64,000 bases of DNA, taken from IMG/VR virus record IMGVR_UViG_3300025294_000239; one strand, written 5' to 3'. Below the pieces are notes generated by a model. It saw only the letters and a list, made by a program, of their open reading frames with translations. It had not been told where the DNA came from and searched no databases. Each line of letters begins with the position of its first letter. The first letter of the stretch is position 1. Shown piece by piece: positions 26,588 to 34,351 of this stretch. The DNA is from a virus. A program made the translations under genes and the position numbers.

Positions 26588-26608
26588 ACCGCCCTCGGGC
26601 GGTTTTTT
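26588..26608 (+). terminator. Terminator after virion genes
   Basis: ACCGCC-CTCG-GGCGGT-TTTTT. Confidence 0.85.
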
Positions 26609-26622
26609 ATTGGAGCATCCCT

Positions 26623-27018
26623 ATGACGACGGACCTGGTTGCAAGGGGAGTGCTCGCCGCGCTGGCCCTGTGGATCCCGTTCGCGGCATTCGTGCGAGAG
26701 ACGTCGTCGCCGGCGGCATGGCGCGGTCTGGAGGGGTACGGCGCGCTGCCGTTCCTGCTGGCGCTGGCCGTGGCCGCGCTGCTCATGGCGCTGGACATCC
26801 TGCTCAACGAAACGATGCGCCGCCGCCTGTTCCCCTGGATCGCTGAGCGACGCGACGCGCTCTACCTGGCCGTGGCCTTCCTGTCGATCCTGACCCCTTT
26901 CAGCTTGTCGAAGGCCGGCGCGCTTCCCCTGGACGGCGCCTATTTCTATTCCATCATTTTCTTCGGCGCCATGGGTTTGACCTGGGCCGATGCACGCGCA
27001 AAAAGGGGAACGCGGTGA
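26623..27018 (+). CDS. Lysis-region membrane protein (3-4 TM)
   Basis: GGAG SD; several hydrophobic segments; basic C-terminus. Confidence 0.7.
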   Translation: MTTDLVARGVLAALALWIPFAAFVRETSSPAAWRGLEGYGALPFLLALAVAALLMALDILLNETMRRRLFPWIAERRDALYLAVAFLSILTPFSLSKAGALPLDGAYFYSIIFFGAMGLTWADARAKRGTR

Positions 27019-27458
27019 AGAGAGGGAACAATGCATGCCTCATCGTCGTGCTGCTTTTCTGGTGCGCGACAGCTTACGCCCAGTATGTATCCAAACCCTC
27101 ATTCGGTGACGAACTGATAGCCGTGTCGCGGCAGACGTGGTTCTTCGTCGGGTGCTTCGCGCTGGCCGGCATTGTGTGGCGGGTGCTGATTGAGTCGGCG
27201 CCCACACGCCCGCGCATGGGCTGGCACGGCTACCTGTCCACCCTCGTGTTGGGCGCGTTCGCCGCCTTCATCGGCTTCTACTTCTGCGAGATGGCCAGGG
27301 CTTGGGGATTCCCCATGCTGGACGGCCTGCAAGGCGGCGTGATCAGCGTCTGTGCCTACAACAATCGGCGGTGGCTGCAATGGTTCTCGTCGCGCGTCGA
27401 GGCTGGCGCAGACGCTGGCGCCGCAGCGTGGAAAGGCTTCAAAACCGGAGGGAAGTGA
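27015..27458 (+). CDS. Holin-like protein with signal-peptide-like N-terminus
   Basis: GTG start overlapping upstream stop; LIVVLLFWCATAYA signal; about 3 further TM segments; directly before endolysin. Confidence 0.6.
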   Translation: MKRGNNACLIVVLLFWCATAYAQYVSKPSFGDELIAVSRQTWFFVGCFALAGIVWRVLIESAPTRPRMGWHGYLSTLVLGAFAAFIGFYFCEMARAWGFPMLDGLQGGVISVCAYNNRRWLQWFSSRVEAGADAGAAAWKGFKTGGK

Positions 27459-27994
27459 TGCTCAAGGAAGATTTCACCGCGGCCACGCAGCTGTCGAACA
27501 AGCTGGCCGACAAGTGGTATGACCCGGTTGAACGGGCAATGATGGAGTTTGCCATCGTGTCGCCGGCGCGCGCCGCCGCGTTCCTGGCTCAGGTCGGGCA
27601 CGAGTCGGGGGGCTTCATCTACACGCGCGAGCTGTGGGGGCCGACCGAGGCGCAGAAGCGATACGAGGGCAGGGCGGACCTGGGCAACAAGCAGCCGGGC
27701 GACGGCAAGCGCTTCATGGGTCGTGGCCTTATCCAGATCACGGGCCGTGCCAACTACGAGAAGGCGGCCGCCGGCCTGTCCATGGACCTGGTCGAACATC
27801 CCGAGCTGCTGGAGGAACCCATCGCCGCCGCGCGCTCTGCTGCCTGGTGGTGGGCGAACCACGGATGCAATGAGCTGGCCGACGCCGGCGACTTCGTGGC
27901 GCTGACCAAGCGCATCAACGGCGGTACCAATGGCCTGGCCGACAGGCAAGCGCGGTGGAACGTCGCCAAGGCCGTATTCGGCATCAAGGGGTGA
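27458..27994 (+). CDS. Endolysin, glycoside hydrolase family 19
   Basis: FLAQVGHESGGF, YEGRADLGN..GDGKRFMGRGLIQITGRANY, TKRINGGTNGLADR. Confidence 0.93.
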   Translation: MLKEDFTAATQLSNKLADKWYDPVERAMMEFAIVSPARAAAFLAQVGHESGGFIYTRELWGPTEAQKRYEGRADLGNKQPGDGKRFMGRGLIQITGRANYEKAAAGLSMDLVEHPELLEEPIAAARSAAWWWANHGCNELADAGDFVALTKRINGGTNGLADRQARWNVAKAVFGIKG

Positions 27995-27996
27995 AC

Positions 27997-28530
27997 ATGG
28001 ATTTCGACTGGAAGAAGATGATCGGCACGGCCGCGCCCATGCTTGCGACGGCGCTGGGTGGCCCGCTGGCCGGTGCGGCGGTGGCGACCATCGGCAATGC
28101 CCTCGGCCTGGGCGATAAACCGACGGACGACCAAATAGCCGGCGCGCTGGTGACGGCCAATCCTGACACCATCGCCAAGCTGAAAATGGCGGAACTGGAT
28201 TTCCAGACTCGCATGACGGAGCTGGGCTTCAAAAACGAGGCTGACCTGGCCAAGATCGCGGCCGACGACCGGGCCAGCGCCAGACAGCGCGAGGTGGAAA
28301 CGCACGACTGGACGCCGCGGGCATTGGCCTTCGTGGTCACGGGCGGCTTCTTCGGCATATTGGCCGCTATGATCTGGGCACCTTTGCCGGACGGCGTGAA
28401 GGATCCGCTGCTGATCCTGCTGGGGTCGCTTGGCACTGCTTGGACCGCGATAATGAATTACTACTTCGGCAGCACGGCCGGCGGGCAGAAGAAGTCCGAC
28501 CTGCTGGCCAAGGCCACGATCACAAAGTAG
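27997..28530 (+). CDS. 'Holin of 3TMs, gene-transfer release'-like membrane protein
   Basis: APMLATALGGPLAG N-terminus; DRASARQRE; two TMs; YYFGST C-terminal motif. Confidence 0.7.
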   Translation: MDFDWKKMIGTAAPMLATALGGPLAGAAVATIGNALGLGDKPTDDQIAGALVTANPDTIAKLKMAELDFQTRMTELGFKNEADLAKIAADDRASARQREVETHDWTPRALAFVVTGGFFGILAAMIWAPLPDGVKDPLLILLGSLGTAWTAIMNYYFGSTAGGQKKSDLLAKATITK

Positions 28531-28753
28531 GCGGGATGGAGCACGCTGGCGGTATCTCGTCGTCGGCGCCCACCTCGCGCTCCCAGTAGGCACACCCGTA
28601 ATCCACACCGCCAGGGCACAGCGGCCGGCCCGGCTCCCTGTCGCAGATCAGCGCCCGCCAATCCCCGTTTCGCCGCCCGTGCCAATGCACGCACACCCAG
28701 CAGCCGCCAGGGTGCAGGTCGTCGAGGTAGGGGTCGAAGTAGTCGTGGGACAT
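28520..28753 (-). CDS. 77-aa Cys-rich counter-oriented protein downstream of int
   Basis: CWVC..C..C..GCAYWEREVGADDE; AT-rich promoter-like region upstream. Confidence 0.6.
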   Translation of the reverse strand: MSHDYFDPYLDDLHPGGCWVCVHWHGRRNGDWRALICDREPGRPLCPGGVDYGCAYWEREVGADDEIPPACSIPPTL

Positions 28754-28798
28754 AGCAGGCTTATACAGTGGTTTATCCAGTATAGGCCGGCCGGTGAA

Positions 28799-30085
28799 TC
28801 AGGCTTTTCGTCGTAATTCCACAACATTGTCCAGCCGCAGCTTGCCCGGTCCCCAGTCGTTAGGATCGCCCAGCAATTCGGTAAGCCTGGCGCCCAGCAT
28901 GTCGAACGCCGCGCGCCGTTGCTCCAGCAACTGCTGCCGCTGGTATACCTTCACCAGCTTGGACGACTCGGCGTGGTTTAGGCATTTCTCCACCACGTTC
29001 TCGGCGATGCCCATTTCTCCCATCATGGTGGCGCCCGTGCGGCGCAGGTCGTGCATGGTCCACCGGCCTCCGGGCAGCGATAGCGTGCCGCGGATGGTGT
29101 GCCCCTGCGTGGCCGCCGCGCTTTCCTGGCGCGCGCATAGCTGGTGAGACAGGGAGCTGTATTTCAGGTGGTTCTTTCCTGAGCCGCCAGGCATGAGGTA
29201 TGGCCCTGGTCGATCCTGCTGCCGTAGCAGGCTGAGCCAGTAGAAAGCGAACGGGGAAAGGTGGATTATGTGGTCGCGGCTGCTTTTGTTCTTGGTCGCG
29301 GGCAAATGCCACTCGCGCGCGTCCCAATCGATATCGGACTCTTCCACCGTCGTTATTTCGCTGACGCGGGTCAGGGTCGATAGGGCGATCCAGACGCCGG
29401 CGATAGCTTGGACGGTCATGAGCAGCGGCTGGGCCAGCTTCTGGCGCAGCAGCACGATTTCCTTGGTGCGCAGCACGCGGTCGCGCACCACGTCTTTGCC
29501 GCCGACCTCGGTCTTCTTGATGGCCCGGGTGGGGTTCACCTCCAGCCAATCGCGTGCCACGGCAAAGTCCAACATCTGCTTGAGGTCGACCAGCACGCAG
29601 TTGGCTTGCGGCCCTTTGCCTTCGCTCACCAGTTTGTCCAGCAGGCCCATGGCGCGCGCCTTCGTCATCGTCTCGATGCGGTCGTTCTGCGCGTGCGCCA
29701 GGATGTTGGCCTCCATGCGCCTGGTCGCGGCATACACCCCCTTCTCATTGCGCCGCGTCTTGAGCGAGTCGCGCACCCATACCTCGAATAACTTGCGCAG
29801 GGTGGTAGGCCTGTCCTCCGGCGTGGAGTTCGGGTCGATCCCCTTGGCGCGCTTCTCGCGCAGCCCGGCGGCAGCTTTGCGGGCGTCTCCCAAGCTGATG
29901 GCAGGGTAGGGACCCAGCGACTTCTTCGCGGCCTTGCCGGCTGGCGACGTGTAGCGGTAGATCCAGAGGCGGCTGCCGTCCGGGCGAATGCGCAGGGCCA
30001 GGCCCTCGCCATCGGACAGCAGGTATTCCTTCGGCTTGGGCTTGGCAGTGGCGACCTTGCGGTCTGTGAGCAGGTTTGCGGCCAT
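28799..30085 (-). CDS. int: Tyrosine integrase (P4-like, N-terminal arm-binding domain)
   Basis: LTDRKVATAKP..LSDGEGLALRI..WIYRY; catalytic R (TRVSE), HDLRRT, LNH...Y. Confidence 0.95.
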   Translation of the reverse strand: MAANLLTDRKVATAKPKPKEYLLSDGEGLALRIRPDGSRLWIYRYTSPAGKAAKKSLGPYPAISLGDARKAAAGLREKRAKGIDPNSTPEDRPTTLRKLFEVWVRDSLKTRRNEKGVYAATRRMEANILAHAQNDRIETMTKARAMGLLDKLVSEGKGPQANCVLVDLKQMLDFAVARDWLEVNPTRAIKKTEVGGKDVVRDRVLRTKEIVLLRQKLAQPLLMTVQAIAGVWIALSTLTRVSEITTVEESDIDWDAREWHLPATKNKSSRDHIIHLSPFAFYWLSLLRQQDRPGPYLMPGGSGKNHLKYSSLSHQLCARQESAAATQGHTIRGTLSLPGGRWTMHDLRRTGATMMGEMGIAENVVEKCLNHAESSKLVKVYQRQQLLEQRRAAFDMLGARLTELLGDPNDWGPGKLRLDNVVELRRKA

Positions 30086-30113
30086 GGGATGTTATAGGCG
30101 GGATCGGCAGGTG

Positions 30114-30353
30114 AGGGTACAAGTCAGGGTACAAATCGGCCGGCGATTGCATGGAACATGCCGGGACCGAAGCGGACGAAAACGCTTTTATAACAGGAAC
30201 TTGCCCGACAGCATGAAATCGTCCGGAACCGTCCGGGACAATAAAAATGCTACTACCGCGAACGGCCCATGAAAAAAGGAGAGCCACGACTGGCGCGGCT
30301 CTCCGGGGTTTTCGAGGGTACAAATCTGGCTTAGGGTACAAATCAGGGTACAA
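30114..30353. other. attP region
   Basis: Five AGGGTACAA arm-type repeats (30114, 30126; 30315, 30333, 30345); IHF-like TAACAGGAACTTG (30191); CGTCCGG(A/G)AC tandem (30220, 30230); lies between int and alpA. Confidence 0.8.
30272..30304 (-). terminator. Terminator ending the early-left operon
   Basis: GGAGAGCC-N11-GGCTCTCC with A6 on the left. Confidence 0.7.
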
Positions 30354-30540
30354 GTGCGTCGACCCAGCGCTTCACGTCCTCCGCTTTCCATACGACGACC
30401 TTCGGCGTCAGGTTGATTCCCTTGGGAAACTTGCCCTCGGCGAGCTGCCGATAGATTTCGGACCGGGAGATACCGACCACGGCCGGCAGGTCCTTCATGC
30501 GGTACAGCAGTTTTTCCGGTGCGGTCGCGGTGGCGGTCAT
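30343..30540 (-). CDS. alpA: AlpA-family excisionase/recombination directionality factor
   Basis: LYRMKDLPAVVGISRSEIYRQLAEGKFPKGINL..VVWKAEDVKRW; stop codon lies in an arm repeat. Confidence 0.9.
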   Translation of the reverse strand: MTATATAPEKLLYRMKDLPAVVGISRSEIYRQLAEGKFPKGINLTPKVVVWKAEDVKRWVDALVP

Positions 30541-30587
30541 GGCCCAATCCTCTCTCGTCGTTTCAATCAGTCTATGTATTGCCAGGT

Positions 30588-31064
30588 TCAACGCTTGGTA
30601 TTCCAGTCGTCGCCGTCCGTGTATCGGCGCATGGTTTCGTTGCCGTCGCCGCAGGATGCAGCGGCGATGATGTCGGCGGCGCGGCGCGCTTCGTCGGATG
30701 GAACCGATGGAGCAGAAGCGGGTACCGATGCGGCGGGGGTGGGGGCACACAGGGCGGCGGCGCGGACGATGGCGCGGCGGGTGGCGGCATAGGGATCGTT
30801 ACCGATCTGTTCTGCGCAGCACTTCCCCAGCCTGTCAACTAGACAGTCCACGGCACCGCGATATTGAAGGAACTGGCGGATATCGATGCGCAGCTTCACA
30901 GCCAGCCGCAGCGCGTCGCCATCGTCTTGGAGTGGCGCCCAGAAACTCACATCATCGTCCCAGACATAAAGCATCGGCTCCCCCGGCGTCAGTTCGCCAT
31001 GCTCGAAATTGGCATACCCCGCCGCCCGCGCTGCGGCCTCCAGCAGTTGCTTATCTTCATTCAT
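30588..31064 (-). CDS. NinX/DUF2591-like phage protein
   Basis: WAPLQDDGDALRLAVKL and DPYAATRRAIVRAAA motifs. Confidence 0.65.
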   Translation of the reverse strand: MNEDKQLLEAAARAAGYANFEHGELTPGEPMLYVWDDDVSFWAPLQDDGDALRLAVKLRIDIRQFLQYRGAVDCLVDRLGKCCAEQIGNDPYAATRRAIVRAAALCAPTPAASVPASAPSVPSDEARRAADIIAAASCGDGNETMRRYTDGDDWNTKR

Positions 31065-31296
31065 CGGGCTGTTCCTCCGCGAGCGTTGCCGCCCGCCGCA
31101 GTTGTTTGATGAAGTCCTTGATGTGGCACACAGGGACATTGATGGGGTTGCCACCGTTCTCGATCCAGATTTCGCGGCTGCCACGGTAGTACCCGATAGC
31201 CACTGGAGCACCATAGTGTTCGTCTACGTTCTCCATTGGCAGCGTCATCGTGGCGGTGCAGACCGTGCTGGCCGGCGGGAATTCAATCGTTGCCAT
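31057..31296 (-). CDS. Hypothetical 79-aa protein
   Basis: Overlapping, coupled ORF. Confidence 0.65.
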   Translation of the reverse strand: MATIEFPPASTVCTATMTLPMENVDEHYGAPVAIGYYRGSREIWIENGGNPINVPVCHIKDFIKQLRRAATLAEEQPDE

Positions 31297-32857
31297 CGTT
31301 CGCCCCCTTTCCAGCGCGCTGGGCGCGGGCGGCTTTGGCCATCGCGTTCAGCTCGGCATCCGCATGCGTCGACCAATCCTTGCCATGGCGTAGATAGGCC
31401 CGCAATAAGAAGTAGATGACGGCTGCCTGTTCTGCCTCTGCCTTCTGAGGGATAGTCTGCCCGCTGAGCCGGAACAACTGGGCGATGCGGATGCAGGTGA
31501 AATTTGGGCGCCCCAGAATCTCGATGAGATCATCGGTCAACTCTCCGAGCAATGATGGCTTGTCCTCCGCATCGCCCCCGCTCTGCTGCCGATATACCGC
31601 CAGTTCGATGGCCATCTTGTGCGCCAACTCGGGCAGGTCGGCGTAGCCGTGACGGTGCAGCGCCTTCTCCGGCCCTTTGAGCGCGATGGCTATCTCGGCC
31701 AGCATGCCGCCCATACGCTGGATGGTGGCTGCATCGTCGGAAGCCTCGCAATCGCACGGGCCTGGAGGATACGCAGGGGCATTGTGTACCGCGCAGTCGC
31801 TGGCATGGCTAGTGCCATTCGCGCAGGCCGGACATTGGCATCTTTCCGGCTTGGCTGCGGCAAGGGCGGCGCGGGCCGCACGCCAGCGCGTGGCATCTCG
31901 AATGATTTCCGCGCACATTTCTACCGTAACGGCACCTGCGCCCGCATCCCCGTCCGCTTGCGGGACGGTTGGGGCACTACCCTTGACCGGGCGCCCATGC
32001 TCGTCGTATTCAGGCCTCGCCGGCGGGTAGGCATCGGCGGTCATGGCCTGCTCCAAGGCGGCGCGCAGATTCTCGTTGTAGTTCTCGCCTAGGACGCGCT
32101 CATGCGGCGCACCCATGTATTGGCCGACGATCTCAATTCCAATGTCGTAGTCCCCGGCGTCACCATTGGAATAGCCTTTGAAGCGCACGTCCCAGCACGA
32201 GTCTTGAATCGCGCCCAGCAGTTCACTGTCGCGCTTCCAGCGTGCGATCTGAGCCGCATCCCCCTCGGAATGTGAAGTTTGCTTCTCAGGCGGGGCGGCA
32301 AGATGTTGCGCCAGCGCGCATGCAAAGTCGGCGGCCAGCGTATTTCTGATGTAGTAGGTGAAGTCGTTCCGCTTCAACCGCTTCACGAAGTATTCGGCGA
32401 CGTATCCGCGGCCGCCTGCGCTGGTGTGCAGATCATGCGGGCCAATCTCAGGAGCCGCCCCGGCCTCGCCGTCGCCAGCTGTTCGAGAATTGGCGGCGGA
32501 GTCGCGCAGCGCCTTTTCTGCGGCATACGCTCGCGTCGACCATTGATGCCGACTCAGTACCGTGCATGGCAAGCATTCCAGCGGGCAGCCGACTTCAAGC
32601 ATGCGATGCATCTTGCCCGCGTCAGGGTGGGGGTTGCGGACCATCGGCGTGCCACACTTGTGGCATTTCGGCTCGGCCTCGCTGACGGCATGCACGATAC
32701 CGGAGCGCGCCAGATCTCCCGTGGTGTAGCGGCGCAGTTCCGCGAAAGTGCCCGGCGCCTCTACCTGCATTCTGATGGCGTGTAATGCCGCGCCAAGCAG
32801 CCCGCGCGGGACCGCGACCAGATCGTCACTCGATACTGCCTGTTCTTCATTGCTCAT
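31283..32857 (-). CDS. Ead/Ea22-like mosaic protein (524 aa)
   Basis: Start MSNEEQ; modules CHKC, HASDCAVHNAPAYPPGPCDC, LGRPNF..KAEAEQAAVI. Confidence 0.65.
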   Translation of the reverse strand: MSNEEQAVSSDDLVAVPRGLLGAALHAIRMQVEAPGTFAELRRYTTGDLARSGIVHAVSEAEPKCHKCGTPMVRNPHPDAGKMHRMLEVGCPLECLPCTVLSRHQWSTRAYAAEKALRDSAANSRTAGDGEAGAAPEIGPHDLHTSAGGRGYVAEYFVKRLKRNDFTYYIRNTLAADFACALAQHLAAPPEKQTSHSEGDAAQIARWKRDSELLGAIQDSCWDVRFKGYSNGDAGDYDIGIEIVGQYMGAPHERVLGENYNENLRAALEQAMTADAYPPARPEYDEHGRPVKGSAPTVPQADGDAGAGAVTVEMCAEIIRDATRWRAARAALAAAKPERCQCPACANGTSHASDCAVHNAPAYPPGPCDCEASDDAATIQRMGGMLAEIAIALKGPEKALHRHGYADLPELAHKMAIELAVYRQQSGGDAEDKPSLLGELTDDLIEILGRPNFTCIRIAQLFRLSGQTIPQKAEAEQAAVIYFLLRAYLRHGKDWSTHADAELNAMAKAARAQRAGKGANDGND

Positions 32858-33002
32858 GGTATTCAGTGCTCCATTGGAGTCCGTTGCCCGGCAGGTCAGT
32901 GCCGGGGAGGTAGATGCTGATGGCGATGGCCAGGGCGATGCCGGCGCAGATCCACCTGCCGAAGCCGGGCACGTATGCGTTGTCGGTTGGCATGTCAGGC
33001 AT
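32847..33002 (-). CDS. 51-aa single-TM small protein
   Basis: Overlaps both neighbours; WICAGIALAIAISIYL TM. Confidence 0.45.
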   Translation of the reverse strand: MPDMPTDNAYVPGFGRWICAGIALAIAISIYLPGTDLPGNGLQWSTEYHEQ

Positions 33003-33270
33003 CTGGAGTCGCAGATAGCGGTGTCCAAGGGCGCCCGTCCTCAGGCATGTCGTCGCCGATGTGGATATCGATATCGTGCTCGGCGGGGCCATAGGGCGTG
33101 CCCGGGGTCGTGTGCACTCGCATCCAGCCGATGACCTTCATCTCCCCGATCAGTTCGGCGCGGGCCTGGGCGATGATGGCGCGGGCGAAGGGGAACACGC
33201 CGTGCGGCATGCGGTCGCAGTCGATGTGGAAATGGTCGACGGCCAGGTGGAGAATCTCTTGGTCAGTCAC
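32995..33270 (-). CDS. Hypothetical 91-aa protein
   Basis: AAGGAG SD before GTG at 33270. Confidence 0.6.
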   Translation of the reverse strand: MTDQEILHLAVDHFHIDCDRMPHGVFPFARAIIAQARAELIGEMKVIGWMRVHTTPGTPYGPAEHDIDIHIGDDMPEDGRPWTPLSATPDA

Positions 33271-33524
33271 GTCGTCGGCTCCTTGTCGATCGCCGCAAGC
33301 AACGCTGCATAGCGGACCCGGCACAACTCATCGCTGGGCCAGTCTTTACGACTACCGGTGCGCAACGCGTCCAGCATCGCGGCACTCGGTTCTGCTGGCA
33401 GCGCCTTGCGCCGCTCGTCGGCGAGTAGGCGGCGAACCGTATCGGCGTGGTACATCGGGTTAAAGCTTTGGCCGCACTCGCAATCTGGCGCCGGCAACTC
33501 CGGCCGGGCGGGGGTGTTAGGCAT
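33267..33524 (-). CDS. Hypothetical 85-aa protein
   Basis: GGAGG SD before ATG 33524; LPAEPSAAMLDA motif. Confidence 0.6.
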   Translation of the reverse strand: MPNTPARPELPAPDCECGQSFNPMYHADTVRRLLADERRKALPAEPSAAMLDALRTGSRKDWPSDELCRVRYAALLAAIDKEPTT

Positions 33525-33756
33525 GGTCATCCTCCAGATAGAAGCTGTCGGAGTCGTGCATATTCCCGGCGGAATCACGGAAGGTAGACACGCCGCTGAT
33601 ATGCAGAACGTCGAGCATTCCACACGCGTCAATGCGAAACAGCCCTGTTTCAACTTCGATATCGTGCACTGGCCACCAGCTGCCCAGCGATTGGACCCAG
33701 AGGGGATGCGGCAGACTGTTGATGAATTCCATGTTCAGCAGATCAGCCATTCCCAT
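33517..33756 (-). CDS. Hypothetical 79-aa protein
   Basis: Coupled ORF with good codon usage. Confidence 0.65.
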   Translation of the reverse strand: MGMADLLNMEFINSLPHPLWVQSLGSWWPVHDIEVETGLFRIDACGMLDVLHISGVSTFRDSAGNMHDSDSFYLEDDHA

Positions 33757-34351
33757 CTTCCTTCATGGCCTGCATGGCGGCGTCGATGCAGTCGTTCCAG
33801 CCTTCGGCATAGCCTTCCTGGTAGGAATCGTTGCTGGGGTATTCACCGCCCATCGATTCATGCTTGGGCATCTTCTCCGGCAACTTGACCCGCGCCGCAT
33901 CCTTCTCCCCCGCCGCATCGCCTTCCTGCTGCTCGGCGGGGTGGGCGCTGAGAGGTGTGGGCAGCGGCTGCCAGTGCGTGGGCGGTTGCATAAAGCTGGT
34001 CATGACCGGGATCGATTGCCCGCTCTTCTTGCCCACGACCGTATTCATGCCATCCATGCAATGCCACGCGAAGCCGTCGCCCGGGCAGAATGCAGCGCAC
34101 ACGCCGGCCACGGGGTGGAACACGATAATCTCCGTCCCATCCTTCGGCGCCGACGCAATGTCGCGCCATCCGGTGGGATTGGGTTGGGCGAGAGCGGCAT
34201 CAGCCTCGTCCAGAATCTGGCGCACTGTCTTGGACTCTTCTCCGCTCTTGATGGTGTCCTGTTCGCGCGTCGGATACTTGCTGCGGGCTACGCATTGCAA
34301 CGCGGCTGCCGCCCAACGCAGGGCTGCCGTAGGGGTGGGGGGATTGGTCAT
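33743..34351 (-). CDS. DUF551-domain phage protein
   Basis: GWRDIASAPKDGTEI...PTHWQPLP. Confidence 0.7.
   Translation of the reverse strand: MTNPPTPTAALRWAAAALQCVARSKYPTREQDTIKSGEESKTVRQILDEADAALAQPNPTGWRDIASAPKDGTEIIVFHPVAGVCAAFCPGDGFAWHCMDGMNTVVGKKSGQSIPVMTSFMQPPTHWQPLPTPLSAHPAEQQEGDAAGEKDAARVKLPEKMPKHESMGGEYPSNDSYQEGYAEGWNDCIDAAMQAMKEDGNG

Noticed and set aside
30135-30314. tRNA gene or tRNA fragment at attP
   Set aside because: No T-loop GGTTCGA or CCA end found on either strand; no tRNA seen elsewhere in the window
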